Shown here: piece after piece, positions 17,567-30,460 of the stretch
How positions within the stretch are numbered: position 1 is the stretch's first letter
Layout of the letters: each line of letters starts with the position of its first letter
Notes under the pieces: generated by a model
Seen by the model: only the letters and a program-made list of their open reading frames with translations
Told to the model about the DNA's origin: nothing
The model's database searches: none
From: the human T2T-CHM13v2.0 reference genome, Homo sapiens
Length of the DNA: 64,000 nt
Assembly (NCBI RefSeq): GCF_009914755.1
Contig: NC_060947.1
Direction: 5' to 3' (one strand)
Position numbers and translations under genes: made by a program

Positions 17567-19249
17567 TTCTTTTTAGCTGTTGGAAAAAAATGACCTCTAT
17601 ACTATTGATTCCTCCATAATTTTCCAGCCCTTAATAATATTGTATTTATGGGACAAAATGACTGTTGCCTCAATCTTGCAAACCACAAGACTATGAACTT
17701 TATGTAGCAGAGTTTTTGTGCATGGCTTACTTAAAATCTTTCCTCCTACTTTGGACAATTCTTTGGGAACTATATTATTCTGTTCCTTGTGGTCCCAGTT
17801 AGACTGTCAGTCCAGGTAGGGGATTTAGGGTTAGTTATAAGGTTGATATGACAATGGTTATAAAGGGTTTCCCTTTGGTTGATTATAGAACATTTTACTA
17901 GGAGGATGTCTATTTATACCTCCACAATTAAGACTATAACATGTTTGGCCAGCAGGGATTTGCAAGTTTTTAACTGGTAAATCACAAGGAGTACTTAATT
18001 TCATGCTTTTATTAGAAAGTGCCTACAGAAGGAAAAAGGTAACAATAACCTGGTAGAGCACCATACCCAGTAAAGATATTGGTGCCCTGAAATTGAGTAC
18101 CATGCAGACATGCAGACATGCATCAGAAGCTACTTCCAGGCAGTACATTTCCAGCTGGGCAGTGTTTATCCACTGTCTTAAGAAAAAATAACTGCAAAAA
18201 GTGTTTTTCCTTGTAAGTCCAAAGAGAACCAGTAAATATTTAACAAACATCTATTTATTGAGTAGACAGAGATTAGTCATGATCTATAATTTAGGAATTA
18301 ACACAAAACACATATTTTGTGTGGTAAGGAATACTGAAGAGAAGAATCCTAGAAGTTCAGCCTTTTTTTTGAGAAATTGTGTGGTGTAGCATTCAAGCAC
18401 AGTACATACTAATTTTTAATCAGTTGAGTATGATCATTGCTATTTCGAAATGGGATTGTTTCCAAAGACTAAGTGCCCTTTTCCAATTGAAACAGTTCCT
18501 AGAAAAGCAAAAAGTCTTGGGCTGGCAGTAACCAGAAGCCATGCTACTTGCTTTAGAGTGCAATCATCCAGAAGGCAAGGTTTAAAAAAGTAACTAAATT
18601 TAATCTGCAAGCATCCAGGGATTTAATCAATGACTTCGTTGTGATTCATATGCCTGCTGTTGGAAGAGTAGAATATCTCCTATTTCCTCCGAAAATGTCC
18701 ATGCTACATCTTACACTAGTGGGTCTATTTCATGCCTGGAGATTTGAAAAGTGAAGTCATTTAAGAGTTTTAGTGTATGGCTCAATTCTGTCTAAATTTA
18801 GTGGTGTACCAGGGCTTCTCCATGTCGCTCAGAATCTGTGATGGGCTTCTCTCCATGGGCAATTCCATAAAAACAGCACTTTGGCTGACATGAGATAAAT
18901 TTACCAGAAACAATATTTTGCAGCAAACCAGAGGAAGCAATGCAGGGGCAATTTCCAAAGGTGCACAGCTGGTGAGGATGTGTGTGCAATGCTGTTGTTA
19001 TGAAGACTCTAAATCTAGAAAGATGCCTAATTCTAAGTCATTCATTTTTGGTCAATCACTTTTAGCCTCTTTAAATTTTTAGGCATCATTTTAGCTCCCT
19101 TAATGGAACTGTCATGCATGGATTTTTCTAGTACTTAGTTGAAGTTATTTATATTTGCAGTCTGCCTCTAGTTTTCAAGGTTATGATTTCTGCCAATGTG
19201 GCCATTGCTACTTGCTCTGTTTTGTTAACTTATCCTTTCTCTGTTTGTT

Positions 19250-19545
19250 CTAAATTTCCCTCTTTCAAGATATAAGGGAAAGACTGTTGTCCTGGCAAAC
19301 TGAGATTTAGTGAACATGTTTGTGTTCATCACAGCCCTACCTTTTATGAGTTTTATAGACTTCAGTCATATCCCCTGTCAGCTTCAGTGTTTGCAGATGG
19401 AATCATACTAAGCCTCTAAGGCTGTCTGCATACAGCAACGGCTCTGGACTTTTAATCATCCTGTTCTTCTTCTTTGAGCCTTTTTCTGCTGTGTTTTTAT
19501 TTTATTGAAATGCAGAGACCTGGACAGTGGGCAATATCCTTACTG
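19250..19545 (-). mobile_element. L3/CR1 LINE remnant
   Basis: Reverse complement ggatattgcccactgtccaggtctctgcatttcaataaa resembles the CR1 RT 'EYCVQFWSPHFKKD' region; cttcagtcatatcccc also fits. Confidence 0.5.
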
Positions 19546-19552
19546 CAATTTT

Positions 19553-19952
19553 AAATATATATATTTCAAATATATATACACTTACAAATATACATATATT
19601 CTTTTATGTATATGTATACATATATACATTATATATCATAATGTATATAGTATATATGTATATACCTAATATATACATATGTTGTGTATGTATATATTGT
19701 ACATAACATACAGTGTATATATACATATATAAGTGAATATGTGTATAATCGTAAGTATATATAATTTGTTTATATATACATATATAGTATATATACACAT
19801 TGACTATAGGTATATTTATAAGATATCTGTATATTTATAATATATATTCATTTGTATACATGTATATATGCATATACAAGTGAATATGTATTCACGTATG
19901 TATATATGTGTATATATACACACACATATATGAATATATATGGATATATATT
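19553..19952. repeat. Degenerate (TA)n/(TATG)n low-complexity tract
   Basis: About 400 bp of alternating AT-rich sequence. Confidence 0.95.
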
Positions 19953-20299
19953 CATTTTCCGTAAACTTTGTGGGGACCATTCTCAGAATATTTAATATTT
20001 TACCAGCGTTTTACTAATCCCAATATGTGTACATACTTAAAAGGTGAAAGAATGACCTCTTAAATCAAAATTTCCTAATACGAATTTACTGTGAGAGATA
20101 AAAGGATTTGAAGCCTTATACAAATGTAGACTATGCCTACATAAGAAATAGATTTGACACTCCACCTGTGTCTTCTTGGAGTCAGCTGGTGTTATATCCA
20201 ATATATCCTGCAGAAGAGGAGCCCTTGCTAATGTGGATGGCCCTCCCAGGTGGCCAGCATTTTCTGGAATTCTCCTGTTGGGTCAAGATAGTTAGAATT

Positions 20300-21715
20300 G
20301 CCAAGTTAGTTTGAGGATGCCAAACTGCTGTAACGAATAAAATAAAAATGAATAATGTTCTGGCTTAATAGAAGTTGTCTTCTTGCTAACAATCTAAGAT
20401 GTGGTACCTAGTTATCAGGATTGGATGGAAGGGGTTCTCTGCTCCAAGCAATCTTTTTTTAAAAAAATTGACAACCAATAACAGTATATATTTATGGGGT
20501 ACAAGGTGATGTTCTGATATATTTATACATTGGAGAAAGAACAAATCAAGCCAATTAACATATCAATCAGCTACTCTTTTAGCAATTTTGAAATACACCA
20601 TGCATTATTAACTATGTTCTCCATGCTGTGCACTAGATCAGTGAAACTTTCTTCGAACTGAAAGTTTGTACCTTTTGACCAACATCTCACTGTTTCCCCA
20701 CAACCAGCCCCTGGTAACCACCATTCTACTCTCTGCTTCAGTGAGTTCAATATTTTTAGATTCCACATGTAAGTGAGAACATGCAGTATTTGTCTTTCTG
20801 TGCCTGGCTTATTTCACAGAGCATAATGTCCTCCAGGTTCATCCATGTTGTTCGAAATGACAGAATTTCCCTTTTATTTAAAAGTTTATCTAGTGTTCCA
20901 TTGTGTATATATAAGCCATATTTTCTGCATCTATTCATCCGCTAAGGGATAGATACCCAAAAATTGGATTGCTGGATCATATGGTAATTGTGTTTTTAAT
21001 TTTTTGAAGACTCTTTATACTGTTTTCCAAAATGCTGTACTAATTCACATTCTTACCAACTATGTATAACGGTTCCCTTTTCTCCACATCATTGCCAACA
21101 CTTATCTTTCATCTTTTTGATAATAGCCATTCTAATAGGTGTGAGGTGATGTCTCATTGTGGTTTTAATTTGCATTTCCCTGGTGATTAGAGATGTTGAG
21201 CATTTTTTCATAAATCTGCTGGCCATTCATATGTCTTCTTTGTAGAAATGTCTGTTCTGGTCCTTTTTTCCAGTTTTTACTTGTGTTGTTTGTTTTACTG
21301 CTATTGAATTGAGTTCCTTATACATTTTGGAATTGGCCCCTTATCAGATGTATGGTTTGCCAGTATTTTCTCACAGTCATCTGTGGTTTGTCTCTTCACT
21401 CTGATCATTGTTTCCAAGCCATCTTTTCAGGACTCATCTTCAATGCATGGTGTCCAAGGTTTCCCTGTGGGGAAGTGGTAGGGTTTATTTCTATCCCAGG
21501 CCACAGAAAGTGAGAGAAACACAGAGGAAATTCATTGGAGAAATTTGTGAGCCAGTCTTGGAAGTGGCACACATCACTTCTGTTCATTAACTATTGTCTA
21601 GAATATGTCCAGGAACTGCACCTAACTGAAAGATAGGCTGTGAAGTACTGTTTGGCCAAGTGCCAGTGAAAAAGAGGCAATCGATTTGGTGAAGAAGTAG
21701 CCATCTTCCTAATAT
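20300..21715 (-). mobile_element. Old MLT1 (J/K/L-like) LTR split by an L1 insertion
   Basis: ctgctgtaac...tggcttaa on the left; ggaagtggcacacatcacttctg...cacctaactg...tttggtgaa on the right. Confidence 0.55.
20458..21412 (-). mobile_element. L1MA-type 3' end inserted in MLT1
   Basis: Antisense L1MA 3'UTR/ORF2 end; TSD tccaagc(a/c)atctttt (20443-20457, 21413-21427). Confidence 0.85.
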
Positions 21716-21918
21716 CTACATTGTACATTTTGGCTTTAGTCTTTTCAGCATGGGTCCCATATTTCAATGCAGACCAAAGCTTCAATTTTGGAAGGTCTAG
21801 GGGAAACCAAGGCAATACCGGAACAAGCCAAAGTTTAGTGCCTAAGGAAATACAGTTGGGTGTGGAGGTAAATGCCACATCTTGCTTATGCCAAACATCA
21901 GAGAAAGACTCTATTGTT

Positions 21919-22220
21919 TATTTTTTTGCTTGTTTTGAGACAGAGTCTTGCTCTGTCACCTCAGATGGCGTGCAGTGGTGCGATCGTAGCTCACTGCAGC
22001 CTCGACCTCCTGGACTCAAGCTATCCTCTCACCTCAGCGTCCCGAGTAGCTGAGACTACAACCACCGCCAAGACACCCAGCTCATTTAAAAAAAAATTTT
22101 TTTAGTGACAGGGTCTCGCTTTATTGCCCAGGCTGGTCTCAAACTCCTGGCCTCAAGCAATTTTCTTGCCTTGGTCTCCCAAAGTGCTGAGGTTACAGGT
22201 GTGAGCCTCCACACCTGGGC
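21919..22220 (-). mobile_element. Alu (AluJ-like)
   Basis: Dimeric Alu reverse complement. Confidence 0.92.
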
Positions 22221-22729
22221 ATGACCAGATTTTTTTAAGTAGATGGAGAGGAAGGTCAGAAAGTTAAATGTGTCACAACTTGAAATACAAAGCTTTGTGA
22301 GGACTAATCAAAAAGCTGAGCCAAGAAGAGCAGGCTGAATATTCTCCTGACTGCAGGGAGGAGAGGGAAAGACTTTCATATGGCCAAAGTTATAAACTAA
22401 GCCAATACTTGGGAGAATTCATAGAAACCTCTGCTTTAGTTCCAGGTTTATGTATCTTTAAATCTTATGACAAATTAATCTTTCCCTGAATGTTTTAGTA
22501 ACAGAAACATAAATCCTTGTTGTGAAATCACTATTTGTATATCCTTGTACCTCCTTCCTTTGATTTCAGGTGTCATTTCCATGCAGATACATCCCACTGT
22601 ACATTGACTTAGTTTCTAGTTTCTAATTTCCAACTCTGGTTGAATAGTTTCACCTTGAGACACCACTAGCTCTTCAATATTTTTCTTCTGAACAAGTACA
22701 AATGGCAATAGTTAAAGAAACATGAATAT

Positions 22730-22915
22730 ATGACCAGGGAGATGCTAAGTGCTTTGCCTGAATTAATTCAAAATCATAAAAATCCCCATGACCTAGGAAA
22801 TATTATGATCCATATTTCACAGAGATGAAACTAAGGGTTAGAAGTTAAATAACCTTGTCTAGCTCACATCTTTGGAGCAAAGATAGAGCTGGAATCCCAA
22901 AGGTAAGCTGTCTGA
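22730..22915 (-). mobile_element. MIR remnant
   Basis: atttcacagagatgaaactaaggg...gttaaataaccttgtctagctcaca core. Confidence 0.6.
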
Positions 22916-23107
22916 AGAAAAGTAGCCTTAATTTATTTCAGTTGTGAAAATCACATATAAGTTATTTGTGCCACACTCATTGGGCAGCTCTTCCTGAATC
23001 AATAATCCTTAACCCTCAGGCAGGGCAAGCACGTTTTTGAACAGCTTTATCTATTGCCTGTTTCTTATGTTCATTCTGTATTTCAGCCAACCTGATTATG
23101 CCTTCCT

Positions 23108-23404
23108 CTTTCTATTTTTTTTCAAAGACAAGGTCTCACTCTGTTGCCCAGGATGGAGTGCAGCGATGTGATCAGAGCTCACTATAACCCCAAACTCCTG
23201 GACTCAAGCAATCTGCCCCTCAGACTCCCAAGCAGCTGGGATTACAGGTGTGCACTATCGGGCTCAGCTAATTTTTAAATTTTTTGTAGAGATGGGGTTT
23301 TGCTGTGTTTCCCAGGCTGGTCTCAAACTCCTGGCCTCAAGTGAACCTCCTGCCTTAGCCTCCCAAAGTGCTGGGATTATAGTCATGAGCCACTGCACTT
23401 GGCT
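23108..23404 (-). mobile_element. Alu (AluJ-like)
   Basis: Dimeric Alu reverse complement. Confidence 0.92.
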
Positions 23405-23441
23405 TTGTTCTTTGTATTTTTACTTAAAACAATTCACACGA

Positions 23442-23631
23442 GGCCTGACATGGCAGCTCACACCTGTAATCCCAGCTACTCAGGAGGCTGAGATGGGAGG
23501 ATCACTTGAGACCAGGAAGTTGGGGCTGCAGTGAGCTGAGATCATGCCTCTGCACTCCAGCCTGGGTGACAGAGCGAGACCTTGTCCCAAAACAACAAAA
23601 ACTCCAAAAACCAAAAAAAAAAAAAAAAAAA
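23442..23631 (+). mobile_element. Alu monomer (FRAM/FAM-like)
   Basis: Right-arm-type monomer with A tail; TSD caattcaca(c/t)ga. Confidence 0.85.
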
Positions 23632-25232
23632 GACCAATTCACATGATTATACATCTCCTTTTTACACAGTTATAGATATCAAAAGCAGCTCATAATTTAA
23701 GATTAAGTTAAATACTACATTTTCCACCTGCCTTTCTTAATTATCTCAGCCCAAGTCACATAGCTTCCTCTGAATTTGACAGTTACTGATACCATGTGCT
23801 ACCTAGTATCAACAATGGAATTTCTCTTTAGCAGACTTTAAACTTTTTATGAAAAACCCACATAATTAATGGGGGGTGTCCCCAGTAGATGCTAAATAAG
23901 GATTTTCCACCTTGGTTAAGAAGGGTTTTATTGTTTCTGGTAAGGCATATCTAATTTATCTATTTATCTCCTGAGCCATGATTCATGGTGGAATATTACC
24001 GCCACCTGGTTTATTTCTTGCCAAAAAAGAGTACCAATACTGAAGCCTCTAATGAGTGATTCTCAAGTGTTTTCCAACCTCCGTAAGTTAGAGATAGATC
24101 AGAATTACCTGTGTGTTATTGTTTTGAGACTGTTGACTCACACACTTGATGCTGAGATGAAGTGGGACATAATCCCTGATTTGAAACTAGCAGTTATATT
24201 GACCTGTTGTTATCAGTGAGAACCTGTTAACTTTTTAAAGGAACAAGGCAAGTTGCTTTGGGAAAAATGTTTAAGGAACCACATGTCTAAAGTCTAAAGT
24301 ACAACTACCAAGTTAGCAGTCTAAGTATATATAATTCCATCAGTGGATGATATTTGATGCTTTGCCATTTTTTTTTCTCAAATCTGTATTTTTGTTTTTT
24401 CTTATTTTCTTACTTATGTCCTCTGTTTTACTTGATGGCTCAAATATTATTGGCTTTTTCCCTCCTCTGGTTATTTAGAAATTATATCAAACAAAATATA
24501 TTTGGATACTTAGCTCTATACTAGCATCAACTGCCCTCTGCCCCTTAGTAATGAGAGATTTAGCACAATCTTCAGTAGCATTTAACTTCACTTTGCATAG
24601 ATTTGTATTAAAATGAATTGAGTTTTTAGATCAAGACTAGTGTAACCATGTTAGTTACAATGTATTATATATGTTATATATAACATATTTCATTATGTTT
24701 TAATGTATAAATGCTACATCGTTTTTTTCTCTTCTAAGATTTAGTTTTGGCTCTTGTCTTATGCTTAGTCACCATGATATCATCCAGTGTTCAGACATTA
24801 GCCAAGAGTTTCACTGTTCCGTTGCTCACTGACCTTTTGTTTATACGTATAACTTCTCTTCATGGGGATATTAATTTGATTCATCTATTAGCTTATTGGA
24901 GTACTTGAGTATTTTAAAGATCAGCATCCATTTAAAATTCTTGCATGACAGAATATTTTCCTTGTTTGGTTGTAGAATTTGTGAGTTACAATGCTAGGTC
25001 CCCAAATCCTCATGTCCTTTTCACAGCTTATACTTTGGAGGAGAATTATGGACCTAACTTGATATTTTCTCAAAGAAAATATCAAAAATATCAAAATATC
25101 AAAAATATCTTATTTCTTAAAGATATGGAGGATTGAAGTCTTCATATTTGTGAGGAATGGAGAAGTTCTTCTTCAAAGTTTCTTAAAACCATAAAGAGCT
25201 TGGCATTTCTTTGCTCTATGCATGTCTATATA

Positions 25233-25649
25233 TGTTCCAGTGGAGCTCTTCTGACTTGACCTGGCATGCCTGGACAGGCTTAAGCGAGCCCCGAACCATA
25301 GTGCATGACATTCCTTATTTGGAAACCCTCCTAACCCTCTCATGACTAGCTTCCTCTTTTCTTTGTTCTCTTTCCCCTTTGCCTCTTTAGAACAGTTTCA
25401 AGCTGTTAGCCAATCGTGTCAAGCTTAGAAGGTGAGGTCCTGTTCCAGCCAATGGAAATGGGACACAGCCATAGGACGATTGCATCAGGTTACAAAGATT
25501 ATAAATGTCCCTGTCTCCTTTGTTTGGGTGTGCTCTCATGGCAAGACTGCTAGCAAGAGGGCACCCTTTCTGCAGAAAATAAGCTAGCCTTGCTGAGAGA
25601 TCCTTTGTCTCAGTGGTGATTTCGTGACACCAAGCACCCATTTCCAACA
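25233..25649 (+). mobile_element. ERVL-class solo LTR (LTR18/LTR47-like; family uncertain)
   Basis: TG...CA ends, TSD atata/atatt, two CCAAT boxes, TATAAA, 3' end ...gccttgctgagaga...cccatttccaaca. Confidence 0.7.
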
Positions 25650-26126
25650 ATATTTTTTTCATGGCTTTGAATTTAAGCATTTTCTCAAGATATATTTAGG
25701 CATGGGTTTAGTTTAATTAATTTAGAGCTCCCACTGACGTGAAGATGAAAGACTCCTTTTTTTTACAGTATGACACTATAGCTTAGCTAACTCTATCACC
25801 ATGTCTAGTTCCTTTCCTCTTAATTTGCCTCTTTCCAAAGGCTATGAAAATAACTAGATTCATCTACCTTTTCTGCAGCGATGAGTGTCCATGTGCTGTG
25901 AGAGTGGCCAATGAAACATATGTATCATTTATTGTTGTCCGTTTTTCTTTTCCCTTTTATTTCTGCTTAGAAATTTAGCACGATATCTATAGGCTCAGCA
26001 GACATTCGATGACCATGCAGATAAAACCACTTGTGAGTAAAGACAGAAGAAGTCAATGTCATAGGTACATTTCTTGAATAACCATAAACACACCAATCCC
26101 TATAGTTTCCAGAGATGAATCAACCT

Positions 26127-26180
26127 TGTATTCATCAGGTTTCCCTAGAGAAAGAGAACCAATAGGATGGATAGATGATT

Positions 26181-26230
<50 letters not shown>

Positions 26231-26505
26231 ATAAATGAATGAGTAGAAGGTAAGTAGGTAAGTAGGTAGGTAGGTAGGTAGAGAGATAGATGGATATAGA
26301 GATAGATGAATAGATATAGATATATAGATAGATATGATGGATGGATGAAGAAGTATATGTGATAGATGAATAGCTAGGTAGCTGAATAGATAGATCTGAT
26401 AGCTAGCTGGATAGATAGTTAAATGTGATTGATGAATAGAGAGATAGATATGATAGATGGATAGCTAAGTGGCTGGATAAACAGATCTGATAGCTAGCTG
26501 GATGA

Positions 26506-26570
<65 letters not shown>

Positions 26571-27179
26571 TAGATAGAATACATGAATAGATAGGTGATA
26601 GATAGACAAGTAGAGAGAGATATGGAGAGATGGATAGAGAGATAGAGAAACGGGGATTTATTGGAGGAGTTGGCTCAGACAATTAGGAGGCTGAGAAGTC
26701 CCACCACAGGCTATCTACAAGCTGGAGAACCAGGGAAGCTAATAGCATGGCTCAGTCCAAGGGACTTCCCTCAGAACCAGGGAAGCTGATGGTGTAATTA
26801 TCAGTTCAGCGCTAGAGGCCTGAGATCCCGCAGACAATAAGCAGAGTGAGAGGGGCATTGTTGGTTCAAGTCCTGGAGTCCAAAGGGTGAAGAAGCTGGG
26901 GTGATGATGTCCAAGAACAGGAGAAGTGTCTCCCAGCTCCACAAGAGAAAGATTATGCAAATTCATTTGCCTTTCTCTGTTTTTTCTTCTATCCGGGCCT
27001 ACAGATGATTGAATGGTGCCCACCCATACTGGATGATGGTGGATCCTTACTCAGTCCACTGATTCAAATGCCGGTCTCTTCCAAAAACTCCCTGACAGGC
27101 ACACCCTGAAATCATGCTTGAAGAGCTATCTGAGTATCTCTCAATCCACTCAAGTTGACATCTAAAACTAACCATCACA
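26127..27179 (-). mobile_element. MLT2 (ERVL) solo LTR containing an expanded GATA tract
   Basis: tgtattcatcaggtttccctagag...aataggat; ...ggctgagaagtccca...caagttgacatctaaaactaaccatcaca; TSD aacct/aaccc. Confidence 0.88.
26166..26650. repeat. Compound (GATA)n/(GGTA)n/(GACA)n microsatellite tract
   Basis: Direct reading; two perfect GATA runs at about 26181 and 26506. Confidence 0.95.
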
Positions 27180-27496
27180 AACCCCTTGTCTATTTAAGTT
27201 ACCCTAGCAGAGCTTTGTGTGACTCATAGCCAAAGGATATGGTAACAGCTAAAGGAAGTCCTGACACATGGTTTTTCATACATCTGTGTTTGGAGTCAAG
27301 ACCAAATACTCTGTATCTACTACTGTATCTAAGAGGAAAGTCACCGTGGCCTTCAGGTCTGCACATTTACACACAAAGTTCAAAGATCCTAATAGAAAAC
27401 TATCAATTGTACTTTTAAATAAGGCACCCTAAAGATATTTTGTAACATATCTGATAAACTCTAGGTCATTCACCTCTAGGAGTTGTGTAGTTTCAA

Positions 27497-27615
27497 TGCT
27501 ACAAAAACTTTTCAGTGACAAAAATGGCTTTGCTTTGCTACAAAAATTTTTCAGTGACAAGAATGGATTTGCTTTGCTACAAAAATTTTTCAGTGACAAG
27601 AATGGCTTTGCTTTG
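27497..27615. repeat. 39-bp tandem repeat, 3 copies
   Basis: tgctacaaaaa(c/t)ttttcagtgacaa(a/g)aatgg(c/a)tttgctt at 27497, 27536 and 27575. Confidence 0.95.
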
Positions 27616-28035
27616 TGAAAATATTGATGGGGTTTCTGGTCAATGCATTGGCACTTAATTTCTCCTATGTGTAAAGACATATTTCAGGGTTTGCAAATAG
27701 TAGCTTCCATCCCAAGTCATTCAAGAAAGAAAATGCAACTACTGAGGATGCTTTTAATCCTCAGTAACGTGCATTTGAAAAACCACATCTAAATGGTTTG
27801 CTATTGGCCTGAGTGACAGATCAATATAGCGAGCAGAATGTCAGCAAAAATGACCAGATAGACATGGGAATTTAGTCAATGTTAGTGTTATATTTTAGAA
27901 ACATGAATAATTAAAAAAATACAGATGTTGGGGCAACTAAAAAACCATTTGGAAAAATAACACAACTGGTATTCCTTTCTTACAATTTGCACCAAAATAA
28001 ATTATATGTAATGTAAACATCTACTTAAAAAATGA

Positions 28036-28431
<396 letters not shown>

Positions 28432-28462
28432 TTATAAGTTGATGTCTTCCAAATAGTGAAGT

Positions 28463-28465
28463 CTG

Positions 28466-28521
<56 letters not shown>
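28463..28521. repeat. (CT)n(CA)n microsatellite
   Basis: Direct reading. Confidence 0.95.
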
Positions 28522-28525
<4 letters not shown>

Positions 28526-28721
28526 CATTGCATAAGCAATCTAAAAGTGAAATGAAAATTTGGAGGGAAAAATAGTACTTAGAACAGTATGTCTAGTTAA
28601 GTTGCTTTTCTTTCTAAAATAAGGTCTCTTAGAAATAAAAAAGAAAAAGATCACAACTCAAGTCAAATATGGACAAGAGTATGAACAAGAAGTTTAAAGA
28701 AAATAAAGTACCAATGGCGAA

Positions 28722-29359
28722 TGACAAAGATTCTCTGTCTGGCCAAACTGTAGTCAGGCTTCTGAATCTTCTCCTAGGCCCACCTGTGTACCTCCCTGTA
28801 AAATCCAGTTTTAGCAGAGAACCCTGCTAAGTCAGTTTGGCAGGAACTCCCCACACTCGATATCCTATCACCCTCAATACCTGAGTGAGTTCCTCATCCT
28901 CCACCCTCCCCAGGTGATATCTGGTGACTCTGGCCTGTCTTCAGCTAGAATCCTGTTAGATGGGTTTATCCAGAACCTCCTTTACCCCTGATGTTTCCTT
29001 CTAGTCATTTTCCATCCAATGTCCAAATTTCTACTGACCCTCCCTCTGCTCCTTGGCTATAAATTCCCACTTGCCCATGCTATATTCAGAGTTGAGCCCA
29101 ATCTCTCTCCCTCACTGCAAGACCCCATACTGTCTTTCTCCTCCTTCTTCTCTCTTCTCCCTCCATCCTTTCTCCCAGACCTCCACCCCATCTCTTCTTC
29201 CTCTTCCTCCTCCTTTCCCCCACGCAATGCAAATTTCCAGGAAGAATCGGAAACCGCTGGTTTCCATGGCTATGGGCCCTACACCTAACTCAAAGGTCCT
29301 GATTAAAGTCTTCCTTACCATGCTTTAACAAGTATCATTGAATATTATTTTCTTTAACA
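28722..29359 (+). mobile_element. MER31-like ERV1 solo LTR with a foreign insert at 29131-29266
   Basis: tgacaaagattctct...caaact..agtcaggct start; ...taaagtcttccttaccatgctttaacaag...ttctttaaca end; 4-bp TSD cgaa/caaa. Confidence 0.8.
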
Positions 29360-30460
29360 CAAATATGCATAGAAAATATTCAATTCTACGGAACACTGAA
29401 GAAATTTTTAAAAGCTAAGATGCTTTTTACACCTATTAGATTAGCAGGGATCAAAAGTGGGGTAATCTCAGTGTTGATGAAAAGCACAGGTGAAGATTAG
29501 GCAGGGCCACGATGCCCCTGCTCACTGAACCCTACTTGAAAACAACCTCTCTGGTCATTCTCCAGGCTGTGCTGTGGCTTGGGCAAAAACTGACCTTGAC
29601 AGAGACCCTGAGATCCATCAAAAAGCCAAACATGAGTCTCTGCCTTTGTTCATTCCCAATGAAATTATTTGTGGTATAACACAATGCATGCTTACATGGT
29701 CATTATTAGAACTGAGCAATGCAAACTGTGATTTGCTTTTCATGTTGTTAAAAATAATAACTGCCAGCAAGGTGTTAAATTTAGTACAAGACACAGCAGC
29801 TGTTCAACTCATTTTTGCAAATTATTTTCATATATGGCTTACAAAGTACCACCACTCTGAGGTAAACACAGTCCTGTAGATTGTAAGCATTTAAGCTGCG
29901 TGACAGATGGCTGCTTCTCATTTCTTGATGTGTTTTGTAATGGAAATTTAATGGGGAAAATGCTAATAATAATGCTGTTAATTTACTGCCTTTTCCCTAG
30001 GAGCTTCAAACACTTGACAAACATTACATAATTAATGGTTAAATATTATACAAACATTCACGGGAAGTGGGAAAGAAGAAAGGAGTTGAAGCGTCATTCT
30101 GTGGTTGCAAACAACGTGGTGTTGTGTTCACATGCAGGTGCTCTCCCAACACAAAGACAACTTAACTCATGAACCGCTGCTTTATGAGCAGCGGTTTCCA
30201 ATTCTTCCTGGATATTCGCATTGCATGGGAGAAAGGAGGAGGAAGAGACAGGGTGGAGGATGGGGAGAAAGGATGGAGGGAGAAGAGAGAATAAGGAGAA
30301 AGACAAGAGGCAATAGCATTCTAATCTCCTCTGACAAACACCCTTCACACCCTAATTTAATTCCCATGAGTTGGAGGAAGTGATCCTCTTTTTAACCACA
30401 GCTAGGTACGTCTAATAGATGAGACTTCTCCATCCTTATGCTCAGATACTCCACCCTAAT

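Noticed and set aside
27740-27766. Hairpin tactgaggat-gctttta-atcctcagta
   Set aside because: A single 10-bp stem can arise by chance in 64 kb; no TIR/TSD or RNA-gene context
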